NCBI GenBank assembly: GCA_965603825.1
Contig: CBFDEM010000060.1
Coordinates: 62,001 to 126,000 of the forward strand
Length of the DNA: 64,000 nucleotides
DNA from: Blepharisma stoltei ATCC 30299
Lineage: Eukaryota; Protista; Ciliophora
Direction: 5' to 3'
Part shown: positions 34,025 through 47,214 of the stretch, piece by piece
How positions within the stretch are numbered: position 1 is the stretch's first letter
How the letters are laid out: every line of letters starts with the position of its first letter
Program-made: the position numbers and the translations under genes
The notes under the pieces: generated by a model
The model's input: the letters and a program-made list of their open reading frames with translations, nothing else
The model's database searches: none
Told to the model about the DNA's origin: nothing

Positions 34025-35155
34025 CTACTGAAATTTTAGTATATTTTGGATTTCCGTCCATCTACCTTTTAACTTCTTTTGATGAAGCTGATGAAATACC
34101 GACTGAAAAACTTTTTTCAGGCTTTCTTTAAGATTTCACGACCCAAACTCTGCAGCTGATTTTATCACGTAACAGCCATAAGCACAGTTTAACACCATTT
34201 TCATTTTTTCTTCATTTAATAGCTCTGCAATTAAGACTTCTCTTAAATAGTCAAAATGCATGCATTTTTCCATCACATTTGAAGCGTATTTCTGTATGCA
34301 AAGTTGGGCGACTTTTCCTTTAAAAGCCTTAGCAAGCTGCTCAAGTGAGGCTTCTCCCCACATATCGAGTGTTTGCTGGATAGCGTAATTTCCGTATGGA
34401 TCTTGTACTAGAATATGAGCGTTGGAAACAAGCTCGCGATAGACTTCGGAATTTCCAATGCACTTTTTAATAACACATAGGCCGAGCTTGTCGATAGCGA
34501 TTTCTTTTATATGGCCTAGTAATTCTCTAATGATAAATGAGGTATCTTTAAGAGTGACGAGCAATCGTTGAATTACATGAGACGCATTATTATGCATCGT
34601 CATCTCTAAGACATGTCCTCTGAATTTTTCTCTGTAAATGTTTTCTTCTTCAGGTGTTGACGAAAGACATATCAAACCTTGCAAGGAATGTGTCCCTTGG
34701 GAGTCTTTACTGATTCTCAATAAGTGATTCCTCATTGAAGAGAGCAAAATCAGCCTTTGTGACGAGTTGGCTGATTTTATAAGGGACTGGCACATGTAAT
34801 TACCATAAGTGTCAGTCATCAGCAATCCCATATGAGGAGCCATCACAATCACAATTTTTTCTATGTCCTCAGGCCTGCACTTAGCAATGATATGCTGGAA
34901 TTTTTTGCTGCCAGCCCTTGTTTTACACTGTTCAGGAAGGGTGGCAAGGTCTATTTTGCCAATTGTGGGACAATCGATTATAGGGGCGACAATTGGAGAA
35001 CTCTCAGTAGTAGAGGCTTCTGAGTCGTCATTAAGAATTGAGGACAAAATTGAGGAGGTGATAGGGGAGAGATGCTTAAGGTCATCTGGTGAGATCTCTT
35101 CTCTAAATAAAATCTCGTTTGATGCGAAAGCAATGCGAAGGGAATAAGGATGCAT
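34025..35155 (-). CDS. Pumilio/PUF-repeat RNA-binding protein, 376 aa
   Basis: D.YGNY..Q, ASHVIQ and KYASNVMEK repeats. Extends through TGA 34136 to TAG 34025. Confidence 0.9.
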
Positions 35156-35733
35156 TGGTTATATTTTTTATTAATGGCTGAGGGCCATTGGTTGTAATTT
35201 GAATGTTAGGAGAAAAATGAACGAATAATTTAAGCAAGATTAATTATGGGTTTAAAAGTTAGAGCTAAGAGACGTGAATAGAATATTTAATACATAAAAT
35301 CATTTATAACGAGAGTGGGTGTCTATTTGAATTAAGAATCCTAAATATTATATGGAAAATGGCTGAAAGCTTAATTCATTGACTCGAATTGAATTTTTAA
35401 AGAATTAAAAGTCTTAATACCAAACTCTTAGATTATATTTATCCGAATAATAGTTTTATCAACATAGGGAAAGGAGAGAAAGCGGTATTGAAAGAAAAAT
35501 AATGAAATTTTTTGAGGATTGATTTGGTGCTGACTCAGGATAAAAAATGGATAGAATTTTAAAAGAATTGGCAATCCTTAAAGTTTAAAAATCCAAACTA
35601 AGCACTTTTAATTGAAAAAGCCATAATAATATTTAAAGCGCCACAAATCTTCCAATTATTTTTTTAAAAAAAAATTCGACACTTAAAAATTCTCTATTCC
35701 CTTCTGTTTATCTAGCACATATTTATTATTATC

Positions 35734-37137
35734 CTACATTATATAGCATTTATCACAAGAAACATTTTTACTGACTCTCTCCATTACAAGACCGTCTTTT
35801 CTGTCAATGCTTCTTGTTTCCTCTTGAAGTTTCGCTAAAATCCTATTTCGATGCCCAGGCTTTGCGATTCCAATTTCAGCTAAAAGAATTTCATCTGTAA
35901 ACGGGTATTTTGAGTACATTTGTGTAATTATCATTTCATAGCTATCAAATCCTGCTTCTACAAAGACGGTTCAAAGTTCTTCAAGCTTGATCGATTTAAG
36001 CCACTCTCGTAATGTCGGGAAGCTTGCCATTCCAAATGTCGCATTTGTTGGAACTGTGCAGCATTTCCAAAAGCTTTCTTGGTTCAATTTTCGGTTGGTT
36101 TTGATATAGCTTATTCCTGCTTCTTCTTCGGCTTTGATTAAAAAGCGATAAATATGTCCTGGCTTTTTAATTCCGATTGCTACTAATTCGCGCTTTGTGA
36201 TTGGGTTATCAGATATCATTCTTTCTGTGATTTTATTAATATCGTCCAGTCCTGCATCACATAAAACTTCATAAAGCTCTTGCAAATTAATTTTTTCTAA
36301 AAACTGATAAATAGGCTTTAATTCATTTTTTGTTTGAATTACACTAATTTCAGATTCTGGCTCTAAATTTCCTTCCTCCGGCTTTGGCGGGTTCGGAGAA
36401 TCATAAAACTCATATTCCCCATCCTTTTCCAAATTCAGCTTCCCAAAAGTCCCTAAATTCATATTAATTTCATCGATTTCTTGACTTGTGTTGCTTTTGT
36501 CCAAATTCGGTTGATAATTTTCCATCATATCTTGAAGCTCTTTAGTCTGTGCAAGAGAAGTTGGAGTTTTTCCTTGCCTGTCTTGAAGAAAAGGGTCTCC
36601 TCCAAATTCAAGCATAAGCATAACTGATTCATTGTGCCCGCAATCAGATGCATAATGTAATGGTGTTCTTCCGAACATATAGTTTTGAACATTCGGGTCT
36701 GCATGGTGTTTTAATAAAATTTCAATCATTTTGCTATCTCCTCTAAAAGCTGCATGATGTAAAGGAGTATCCCCATCATTTTGCTGCAAATTTGGGTCAG
36801 CATGGTATTCCAATAACAATTCAGCAAGTTCATATTGAGAATTATCAGCAGCTTGATGTAATGGTGTTTCGCCTAAATTATTAACTGTATTAGGGTCAGC
36901 GCCTTGTTTAAGTAAAAACTGCGAAGCTTGTATATGGCCACATATAACAGTTCGATAAAGCGCGGTCCATCCTAAACTTTCATCTTTATGATTTAGCTTA
37001 CTTGGATCTGCATGATAAGCTTTTTTTATTGCAGCTAAATCTCCCAGTCTGCATGCTTTTTGTATATCTAATATTTCTGTCTGGCTGCCCTCAGACGATC
37101 GTGGTGAAATTGAGGTGGATGTATTGTATTGAGTCAT
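35734..37137 (-). CDS. Ankyrin-repeat protein with two SAM-like domains and a C-terminal CaaX (CYIM), 467 aa
   Basis: GETPLH/GDTPLH/GRTPLH repeats and two IGI.KPGH SAM motifs. Joined via TGA 35971. Confidence 0.9.
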
Positions 37138-37170
37138 TTAAAAATTTAGATAAAAATGAATTATGAACAA

Positions 37171-37584
37171 TTAGTTAAATTTTCCTTTATGGTTTCCAGA
37201 AGACAAGCTTATTTTTGGAAAGCAAGATTTTTGAGATCCATATAATGCCTTATATGGAGTTTCATACAGATAAGTTACACTTGGCACTGATGATTTTTCG
37301 GGTGAGATTTTATAACTTTTTAACTGTGGGGATTTGTGTTTTTTTCTTGATAAGAAAGACTTTTTCACCTTGGAAGGGGCTGGGGTTAAGCTATGTCTTG
37401 GGCTGCTGTGAGAATTTTTAGAAATTGTCAGCCTTTTATTGGGAAGAAAAATTTTGAGAGAGGCTGAGATATCATTTTGGAAATTTGAGTTTGGAGAGAG
37501 AAGAGAGGGAAGGATGAGACAGTCTTCCAAAATTTGTGGTCCTTTTAAATGAGTATGAATCTTGCTATTTAATGTCTGGTTCAT
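37171..37584 (-). CDS. Hypothetical small basic S/K/P-rich protein
   Basis: ATG-TAA ORF of 137 aa with an AT-rich leader. No domain recognised. Confidence 0.55.
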   Translation of the reverse strand: MNQTLNSKIHTHLKGPQILEDCLILPSLLSPNSNFQNDISASLKIFLPNKRLTISKNSHSSPRHSLTPAPSKVKKSFLSRKKHKSPQLKSYKISPEKSSVPSVTYLYETPYKALYGSQKSCFPKISLSSGNHKGKFN

Positions 37585-37779
37585 ATATTTTTAATGAGAA
37601 ATATAAAAGTTGACTATTTAGAAAAGTAATAAATTTTTATTTTTGTGGATTTTAAGAGCCTAATATGGGATTGAGAGCCTTTAATAATTGGTTTAGTTAA
37701 ATATGTAACAGAAATTAAAATATTTGATCTTAGGCAAAATTTATTTTAGAATTTCTGAAAATAGTAGTTTATATGATAT

Positions 37780-37829
37780 GCTTTTTTGCCTTGAGTGGCG
37801 CCCATACCGCGCCACTTAAGGCAAAAAGC
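37780..37829. repeat. Near-perfect 21/22-bp inverted repeat (hairpin) in an intergenic region
   Basis: GCTTTTTTGCCTTGAGTGGCGC-CCATACC-GCGCCACTTAAGGCAAAAAGC. Confidence 0.9.
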
Positions 37830-38320
37830 TATAATTTATTTTAAAATCTAGAATAACCATTCAGAGTCTATCGTCGCTATTTCTAATTGTTCTTGGTAAA
37901 TTAAATTTTCTTTTTTATTTAGTTATTTAAGAAATCAGGAGCACTTAGAGAGAATAATATGATATCAGCTCTTAAAACTACTATAAAGTCATAAATTTTC
38001 TTTCTTTAATTTTCTTAGTTGAGATTAACTTTCCACATGTAGCTTAGCCATAAATGGTGAATTTAATTTACATTGATTTTATATTTAAAGCTTAATTTCT
38101 ATAGCGTTTCATAGTAAAAGCTTTTTCTTAGTCTGACAGTATCTGATGTAGAAGTGATGCTAATTTTAAGCCTTTATCCAAATTTTTTAATCGCTTAAAA
38201 TTTTTCAAAATTCTCTTAGAGATTGAATAATTTATTTTCATTCTCTCGTTTTCTCTTTTTAAATTTTATATAATGCATTCTTTTCAAAAATTACCTCCCA
38301 GCTTTTTAATAATTTTAATT

Positions 38321-41300
38321 ATGGACAATATATGCAGTCCATTTGTCACTGTAATTACTATCCTAGGATCGTGGCGTAGAGAATACTTGTTTTGTCAACT
38401 TCTACCTTGTCTTTATTCCAGAACTGATATGAACTTTGCTTATTTCTCTCGAAATCTTTTTCAAGCCTAAATCATCCTCAATCACTCTTCCCAACATTTT
38501 TTCGACAATGTTCGTAGGAATAATCGGGAGCTTTTTCATAAATTTCACGATTTTCTTATTTGCTGTGGACACTGACCTTGTATTTGGTGCTAAAACTCTT
38601 GCTTTTATAGTTTCACTACTACAATGGCAGATTATCCTTTACAGCTACCAAACCCATTTCCATATGGATCAGTGGACTTTTACAGACCTTTGGTCAATAA
38701 AGTTCTTTTGGGCTATCAGGCCTTTATGGCTCATTATGGAGTTTGTGGTGTATTCGATGAATTTCGGACTCCCTCAGAGGCAATCAGGAGGAAAAGAAGT
38801 ATATCAGAGTAAACTTTTAGAGGTCTTTTGGCTTATCCCTCAATTGCTTATAGTTGCACTATGCTATATGATGCTTTCAGGATATGCCAGAATCAGAGGA
38901 AATCGTAGTCGATACAGACCTTTAATAGTTTCTCAAGACATAGAAGGGGTTGATCAAGAAAATCAGAAAAATAGATATGACAGAGCAAGCATTTTTTCAA
39001 GGCTTTTAACATCATGAATTTATCCATTGCTTAAGATCGGCAACCAAAGACCGATAGAGCTTACTGATATAGAATCTCTTAGCAAAACCGAAACTACTGA
39101 GTTTCAAAAGCAAGAGATGAAAACTATTTGCGAAAAATATCTCTCTAATAAGAATGATAAAAGAGCATTGCTAAAAGCTTTATACAGGCGATTTTTGCCT
39201 GAAATTATTGTTTTATTTTTCGTCGGTTTTATTGCTACCCTCATGGATTTCAGTGGAGCTGTTTTTATAAAGCTGCTTGAAAACTTTTTAGATCCTAAAA
39301 GTACTCAACCTTATTGGAGAGGATTTGCATTGGTCGCTTATATGCTGCTCTCCAAAATAGTCCAAGCAATTGCAAATAACCATTATAGATTTAACGTCAG
39401 TATACTGGGAATTCACATAAAAGCAGGTCTTTCTTCATTTATTTTTGAAAAATCCTTAAGCATTTCTCCACAGCTCTTATCCTCAGGTGAACAAAAAAAC
39501 TCAGCTAATTTTACCTACGCCCAAATAGTAAACCTAATGCAAGTTGACTTAGAAAGAATTGCAATGGGTATTCCTTACTCAATGAGAGCTATTACCTGGC
39601 CTATCCAGTGGATTATTGGGATCTATCTCTTATATTCCACTATGGGATGGGAAGGTGGCACAGCTGGCATTATTTTGATGGCAATTTTGTTTGGAATTAA
39701 CATTGTAATTGCAAGAACTATGGCAAAATTACAAAAAATCGTTATGGAGAAAAAAGACACAAGGATGAAATTATGCAATGAATTGTTAGCGAACATTAAG
39801 GTTTTCAAGCTTTATAATTGGGAAAAAAAGATTGCAGAAAGAGTAAAAAATGCCAGAGAAGTCGAGATAGGGTTTATAAGGAAAGGATTGACCTGGATGA
39901 TGTGGGTTATATTTTTAAACTGGGGAACTAGAAATTATCTGATTATGGGAGTTTTAATTACGATGACACTATCAGGGATAGTGCTGACCCCAGGCGATAT
40001 TTTTGCTGGAATTGCAGTTATCCAGATTTTGAATATGTCTATACGTTTAATTCCTGATATTATCAGCAATTTCTTAAATATGCTTGTCTCTCTCAAAAGA
40101 ATTCAAGACTACTTACAATGTAGAGAAATCATTAACTACAATGACTCCGAACAAGGCGAACTCCACCCAGACCTCGCTATAGGCATGAATACAGCCAGTT
40201 TCGCATGGGAACTCCCTGAAGAAAACACTACAGGCGAGCTTAAAGAATCCAAAGCTGTTCTCAAAGATTTATCATTAGAAATAAAACATGGAGAGTTCGT
40301 CGCTATAGTAGGCCGTGTAGGCAGTGGAAAAAGCTCAGTCCTTCAAGCTTTAATCCAAAACATGAATTTTGTAAGAACAGCTGAGTTTTCCAATATGTTT
40401 ATTAATGGAAGCGTTTCTTATGTCAGCCAAGAAGCATGGATACAAAATACTACCATAAAAAATAACATACTATTTGGATCCCCAGTCAATGAAAATCGTT
40501 ATCAAGAAGTCCTCAATGTATGTCAGCTTAGAAAAGATTTAGAAATTTTACCTGGCGGAGATCTAACAGAAATAGGAGAAAGAGGCATTAACTTGTCAGG
40601 AGGCCAAAAAATCCGTGTTTCTATAGCTAGAGCCATTTATTCAGACCATGATGTGATACTTCTTGATGACCCTCTCAGCGCAGTTGATGCTCACGTTGGT
40701 AAAGAAATTTTCCAACAATGCTTTATAGACTTTTTAAAAGGAAAAACCAGAGTTTTAGTTACCAATAATCAGCAATTTTTACCTTTTGTGGACCGAATTA
40801 TTGTCCTTAACCAAGGAAAAATCGTGGAAATTGGAAATTATCAAGAATTGCTTAAAGCTGACGGGTACTTTAAAAATGAATTTTTAGTATCAACTGATCA
40901 TGGGCAGCTGCAAAAAGCAGAATCTGAAGAAGAAATTGTGGAGGAAAAAAAAGAGACCACAAAAGGCACAAAAATTATAGAAGTAGAAGAAAGAGTTACA
41001 GGAAGAATCAGTTTTAACGTGTATAAGACTTATTTTCAATACTCAGGAGGCATAAAAGTCGTTATTTTAGTCATATTTTTTATGCTTTGTTGGCAAGCAG
41101 ATAGAATGTATACAGATTTGTATTTGAGTGAATGGACAAATCAGACAGGCGCTGAACAGGAAGAAAATCAGACGAAAAATATTTTGATTTATAGCATAGG
41201 CAGCTTTAGTGTGAATTTATTTATATTGTTTAGGCTAATGACGACGATTTTTAGTGGGCTAAAAGCAGCAAGGACGATTTTTGAGAGAATGGTGAATGCT

Positions 41301-42737
41301 CTATTAGATGCCCCGATAAATAAATTTTATGATGTCACACCAACAGGCAGAATTTTGAATAGGCTGTCTAAAGATCAAAATACAATAGATACTCAACTAT
41401 TATTCGCCTTAAATGGCTCTATAGGACAAATTTTTACAGTTTTAAGCATCATTTGTATGTGTGCTTATATCGTTCCATGGGTCCTCGTAGCTTTACCAAT
41501 AGCAATTTACCTCTCAATGAAAATCCAAAATTTCTATATATCCTCTAGTAGAGAACTTATGAGGCTAGAAAGTATGAGCAGATCCCCAATAGTCCAGCAT
41601 TTTTCAGAAACTATTAGTGGAGCCAACACAATACGTGCATTTGCTTTCCAAGAACAATTTATAAAAAAGAATGAGGAACTCGTGAATTCTAATACGTCTA
41701 TATACTTTCAGCAGCAAGCTTGCAACTGTTGGCTAGGAATTACACTGGAATTTGTGTCAGATTCTTTACTTACAGTAAGTGCTTTAATTATTGTTGGCTT
41801 TAAAGGACTCATAAACCCTGGGCTCGCCGGTCTTTGTTTATCTTATGCTATAACTCTTCCAGAAAACATATATTTCTTGATATTTGCGACCTCTTTCTTA
41901 GAAAACATGATGGTTTCTGTTGAAAGGGCTCATCAACTAGCCCAAACACAAGGAGAAGCCCCACGACAAAGGCAAAAAGACAGTGAGCTTAAAAACAAAA
42001 ATTGGCCACATGATGGTTCAGTTGAGTTCGAAAATTTCCAAATGAAGTATCGTGATGACACAGAAATTGTCTTAAAAGGAGTTACAGGAACTGTCAAACC
42101 GAAAGAACGTATAGGAATTGTAGGGAGAACCGGCTCTGGGAAATCATCTTTATGTTTAGCTTTGTTTAGAATAGTCGAATCTTATGGTGGAAAAATTTAT
42201 GTTGATGGTGTCGATATTTCTGAAATAGGTTTAGATTTATTGAGGCAAAAATTGTGTGTCATTCCTCAGGACCCGACACTTTTCCAAGGAACTTTGAAAG
42301 AAAACTTAGACCCTTTTAATGAGTGCAAAAAAGAAGATTTGATTGAAAGTTTGAAATTGGTAGAAATTTTCCCTGATGAAAATCCTGCAGATGTTTTAGA
42401 AAAAGAAGTCAAAGACAACGGCTCAAATTTCTCATTAGGCCAAAGACAATTAATCTGTATAGCAAGAGCTATTTTAAGGCACTCAAAAATTATGTTTTTA
42501 GATGAAGCCACAGCATCAGTTGACTATAAGACAGACGCAATAATACAAGACGCCATTAGAAACAAGTTCAAGGATTGCACTGTTCTTACCATTGCACACA
42601 GAATTAACACAATTATGGACTATGATAGAGTCATTGTAATGGACAAAGGAAAAATCGCAGAATTTGATACACCACAAAGACTGATGGAGAAAAAAGGAAT
42701 TTTCTATTCATTGGTGGTCCAGCACAAGAAGCTTTAA
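38321..42737 (+). CDS. ABCC/MRP-family ABC transporter with an extra N-terminal TM region; intron 38351-38366
   Basis: Two NBDs (GRVGSGKS, LSGGQK, GRTGSGKS, FSLGQRQL, DEATA). TGA 39015 lies in the conserved S-W-x-x-P-L motif. A 16-nt intron restores the start. Confidence 0.93.
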
Positions 42738-42744
42738 CCATAAT

Positions 42745-43398
42745 TTAGTCATTAAAATATATTAGCTTATTTTTCTTAAGAATTCGTTTGACATAAGGTG
42801 CTTTGATGCTGTAATAAGATCAGGTTGGAGGCTGTTCTGATTTAGTGAGTTGCAATATCTTTTTAGTCGAATTTTTTGGAATTATTGGAAATTCCGTTGG
42901 TAAAACTTTTAGCACTCTTGATTCCCTTCTTATTATTTTCTTTTTATTTTCACTCGGAAATTTAATAACGCTTCCTCTTCTGCCTTGTGGGGTGCAAGAT
43001 CTTGTGATTCTATCCAGAATTTTCGAGCTTTGTTCAGGGTTCAGTTTTATATTTGTTTTGTCTAACAAAGAAGTAGGCGATTCACTTTGGTTTAATTTTG
43101 ACAGAGAATTTAATACACTTTTATTCGCAATATATATAGGCTGTGTTTTATCTAAACTTTCAGAAACCTGGGTAAAGGTATAATCATCTTCTAGATCTTG
43201 TTCTGTCTCAACTGATTTCTGCACAAATTTCGATGCTTTTGTCCTTCTAAAATCAGTTTCTCTGTTTTTTTGTGTAAAATAAGTGTGAGTTTGCCTAGCT
43301 TTTACACTGAAAGTTCCAAAACTGGAATTTAAAGTTTCATTCAAAGAGCTAGCTGATGGGACAATTTCTAGATATCGTCTTGCTTTAAAATTTCTCAT
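42745..43398 (-). CDS. Hypothetical protein, 217 aa
   Basis: ORF 42820-43398 extended through TGA to TAA 42745. Confidence 0.65.
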
Positions 43399-43519
43399 AA
43401 TAATACTAAAATCATTGTAAATAATGATAAAATTAATTAAGTCTACTGAAAAATCAATATAATAATTTTAGTTCTAAATTTCTTGGCTTTGAATCACCAT
43501 TTTATATTGATTATCAGGA

Positions 43520-45385
43520 ATGTTTTCTTCAAAGATTATCAGATTCTCTTCTCGCATTATTGGTCTTCGTAGATTTGTAAGCTCACAGTCAAGCTACAAT
43601 GCAAACTATAAATGGATTCCAAGAGCAGCTTTAGTTGCAGGAGTGGGGTTAGCATCATTGAATCCAATTTTCTGTGATGATAATCATCAAGATATCACTG
43701 CATGTAGAGAAGATGAACTTATTGATGGAGTGTTAAAAAAGGTTCAAATAGGACAAAACCCAGAAAATTATATTGTAATTGCCAAAGTCAATGGATCGGT
43801 TTATGCTGTAAGTGGAAAATGTTCTCATTACAATCTTCCATTAAATCCAGGATACTTAGATGGCTATACTTTAATATGTCCATTCCATGGTGCTCAATTT
43901 GATATTCGCACTGGAGAATTAATTGGCTCACCAGGCTTGAAATCACTTCAATCATATCAAGTTAAAATTTCTGATGGAAATGTTATAGTAAAAATTCCAG
44001 AAGCAAAAATCAATGAAGTCACTGCTTCTGTTAATAGTCGAAGGATGGTAAAAAGAGACCCAAATAACCAGACTTCGTTTGTTATTATTGGTGGAGGTGC
44101 AGCAGGTGAATCAGCTGCAGAATCTCTTAGAAAAGAAGGTTTTACAGGCAAAATCACGATTTTAACTAAAGAAAATGTTCTTCCTTATGACAGAGTTCCA
44201 ATCTCAAAAGCATTCAAAAATGATGTCTCTTTGTTAAGAAATCAAGAATTTTTTGATGAATATGGAATTGAAGTAAAAACTGGCGCACTTGTACGCCAAA
44301 TTGATAATAAAAACAAAACTATCAAGCTAGATAATCAAGAAGAAATTCATTATGACAAAGTTTTACTAGCTTCAGGGTCATCAGCAAGAGTTCCAGGCCC
44401 TTATAGAAATTTAGCTGAAAATTTCGAAGGTATTTTTACTTTAAGATCAGCTGCAGACCATAGCAAATTTAAAGCTGCCTTGTCAGGTGCCAAAAATGTT
44501 GTCATTATTGGGTCTTCATTTTTAGGACTAGAAGCTGCAGCTTCTATTAAGCGTGGAAACCCAGAAGTCACTGTAACAGTCATGGACCTTGAAAGCTCTC
44601 CATTAGAAAGAATTTTTGGCAAAGAAATTGCCCAACAAATTATACAGTCCCACTCATTAAATGGTATCAATTTTATTCTTGGAAAAAGTGCCAGAGCCAT
44701 TAAAACAGTTGGGGGAAAAGTTTCTAGTGTCAGCTATATGCATCAAGAAGCTGCTGAGATGAAGCCAAAAGAAATTGAAATTCCAACAGATTTACTTTTA
44801 TTGGCCACTGGAGGTGCAGTTCAAACTGATTTTGTCCCAGCAAGTTTATTAAACTCAGATGGCAGTGTCAGAGTAAATCATCATTTGCAGACAATTGACC
44901 CAAATATATACGCAGCTGGGGATATTGCATCTTTTTATAGCATGCTGTCTGAAGGTCAAGAAAGAGTTGAACATTGGCAAGTGGCTCAAGACCAAGGCAG
45001 AGTGGCTGCTAGCAATATGCTTGGAAAAGGGACGTTTTATAGGTCGGTTCCATTTTTCTGGACAAATCAATTTTTAAATGTGCAGTTTGTTGGGTTTAGC
45101 ACTGGATATGATTTTACATATACAGAGACAAAAGAAGAAGGATCTCCTTTAAAGACAGGGAGAATTACTTATTTTTATAAAAACGGAAGATGCATTGGTG
45201 CTGCAGCTGTAAATTGGATGGGAGCAATTATTAAACTGAGAATTGCACTTGATAGAGGGTTGATGCCAGCTAAAGAAGAACTTGTAGCAAAAACAGCGAG
45301 CTATGAAACTATCGCACAAAGGGTTAAAGAAAGCAGCCCTTGTGGATGTGCTCAAGGAAAAGGTTGCTGCAAAGGGAAAAAGTAA
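43520..45385 (+). CDS. Rieske 2Fe-2S plus FAD/NADH oxidoreductase (AIFM3-like), probably mitochondrial
   Basis: CSH...CPFHG Rieske ligands, IIGGGAAG, YDRVPISK, IYAAGD and RVEHW motifs. R/S-rich presequence. Confidence 0.92.
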   Translation: MFSSKIIRFSSRIIGLRRFVSSQSSYNANYKWIPRAALVAGVGLASLNPIFCDDNHQDITACREDELIDGVLKKVQIGQNPENYIVIAKVNGSVYAVSGKCSHYNLPLNPGYLDGYTLICPFHGAQFDIRTGELIGSPGLKSLQSYQVKISDGNVIVKIPEAKINEVTASVNSRRMVKRDPNNQTSFVIIGGGAAGESAAESLRKEGFTGKITILTKENVLPYDRVPISKAFKNDVSLLRNQEFFDEYGIEVKTGALVRQIDNKNKTIKLDNQEEIHYDKVLLASGSSARVPGPYRNLAENFEGIFTLRSAADHSKFKAALSGAKNVVIIGSSFLGLEAAASIKRGNPEVTVTVMDLESSPLERIFGKEIAQQIIQSHSLNGINFILGKSARAIKTVGGKVSSVSYMHQEAAEMKPKEIEIPTDLLLLATGGAVQTDFVPASLLNSDGSVRVNHHLQTIDPNIYAAGDIASFYSMLSEGQERVEHWQVAQDQGRVAASNMLGKGTFYRSVPFFWTNQFLNVQFVGFSTGYDFTYTETKEEGSPLKTGRITYFYKNGRCIGAAAVNWMGAIIKLRIALDRGLMPAKEELVAKTASYETIAQRVKESSPCGCAQGKGCCKGKK

Positions 45386-45532
45386 GATAATCTTTTAGCT
45401 ATAATTTTCTTAGAAAATAATGATAAATAGCCTTATATTAAAGACTAAAGCTGATAAGCGAAAATCTAAATTTTTAAGAAATTTGATATTGAGATGTACG
45501 GCTAAGATGCCATATTTCTTGTAATTTATTGA

Positions 45533-45901
45533 ATGGCATCAGTCAAGCGAAAGGCACCAGCACAAGCTAAGAAACTCGACCTCAAGTTCACAATTGACTG
45601 TTCAAATGTGGTAGAAGACAAAGTTATCATTATGAGAGACTTTGAAAAATACCTAAGAGAAAGAACTAAGGTCAATGGAAAGAAAGGAAACCTTGGCACC
45701 GATGTCAACCTCTCCAGCAACGCCACATCCATCATCGTCCAGAGCTCAGTTCCATTTTCTAAGAGATACTTGAAGTATTTGACAAAGAAATACTTAAAGA
45801 AAGTCAAGATTGCTGATTACTTAAGAGTAGTTGCCACAGACAAGACCAAGTATGAGCTTAAATACCTCAAGATTTACGGAGAAGAGGGTGAAGAGGAATA
45901 A
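45533..45901 (+). CDS. RPL22: 60S ribosomal protein eL22
   Basis: KFTIDC, KVNGKKGNLG, FSKRYLKYLTKKYLKK and DYLRVVA motifs. Confidence 0.95.
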   Translation: MASVKRKAPAQAKKLDLKFTIDCSNVVEDKVIIMRDFEKYLRERTKVNGKKGNLGTDVNLSSNATSIIVQSSVPFSKRYLKYLTKKYLKKVKIADYLRVVATDKTKYELKYLKIYGEEGEEE

Positions 45902-46236
45902 ACTTATTAAGCCTTTTATTAGAGTCATCTTCTCTAATCTTTAATTATCGAGGCAGGTATCAAGTCTCAATCGAGTTCTATTGATATCATAAATAATGCC
46001 TATTAATTTAATGGTTTTCATATGCTTAAGACATCTCTAAGCATTGAAAAATTCGATAGACAGTGATTATTTAGTATCATTATATAAAAAATTTTTATAA
46101 ATAAGCAAGGATTTATATAAAAATTAATTTTTATGATAATTTAGGTAAATTTAAGTAAAACACTAGAAGATTAGGTATTTTAATATTAAAGAACCTTAAA
46201 ATATAACTACATTTTTAAAAGATTAAAAATTATTAA

Positions 46237-47163
46237 ATGACTTATGACCAAAGAGAGCTTGGAATAGGAGCTGGGATTTGGGTCTCAGGAATATCTTTAA
46301 TCGTCGCAAGCTATATATGTCTTAGTATGATTTACGAAAATCGTAAACATAGATATTTTTATGAAGCTCAGAAAATGCTTGATTTCATTTATTTTGCACC
46401 AATTATTATAGGATGGCCAACTTGGGTGATTATTTTATTAGGAAATGAAGGAGGAATTTTTGAATATATCGTAGATATATACAAAGCCATGATATTTTAC
46501 TTCTTGATCTCTTATGTGTTAGCTATGATTGGACGAATTTCTGATGGGAAAGGATATGTGTATAATCAAGAAAAAATGATAAATTCTTTTTTAAGCATTG
46601 AAAGGACTGGGTTTTTCTTTTTATTCTGTGGGAAAATAAAGCTGAGGAATAAAAAATGAGTAAAATCCTTTTTATTTTATGTGAGATTAATTTCGGTTTT
46701 ATACATAGTAACCTATATCTGCATTTTTATAGCAATCTTACTATTACTTTATGTTGATGGTGATAATCTGCATTATGGAGAAATAGACCCTAATTATGGC
46801 TATTTTTGAATAAATATAACCATTATTTGTGTAACAATTTTGTCTTCTCACGCTTTGTATACTTTTATTCACACAATCAAAAAAATTCCTAATTTGAAAG
46901 GATTCAGAATAAAAAGCAAATTTTACATCATTGAGGTTTTTGCAATGCTAATACAAGTTCAACCATTAATTTTTAGTGCTTTTGCGGAATGGAATTGAAT
47001 TTCTGACAATGATAAATACGAGACTGATGAAATTGCTAGCTTTACATCAAATTTTATATTGTGCATAGAAATGGTGATTTTTGCTTTTATGCTAAAAGTT
47101 CTATTTCCCTATACTGATTATATTCCGTCGACTGATTCGTCTAATGAGCCATTGAAAATCTAA
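46237..47163 (+). CDS. TMEM184/OST-alpha-like membrane protein, 308 aa
   Basis: Single frame via three TGA. C-terminal NFILCIEMVIFA...FPYTDY signature. Confidence 0.8.
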
Positions 47164-47214
47164 TTATTTAAAATTATTTAATATTTTTTTTTCAAATAAA
47201 TAGATGATAATGTA

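Noticed and set aside
37780-37851. Intrinsic terminator, Helitron 3' end or rolling-circle origin
   Set aside because: The T-run precedes rather than follows the stem on both strands. CTAG is 18 nt away and not followed by T, and the loop lacks a TATTAC nonamer.
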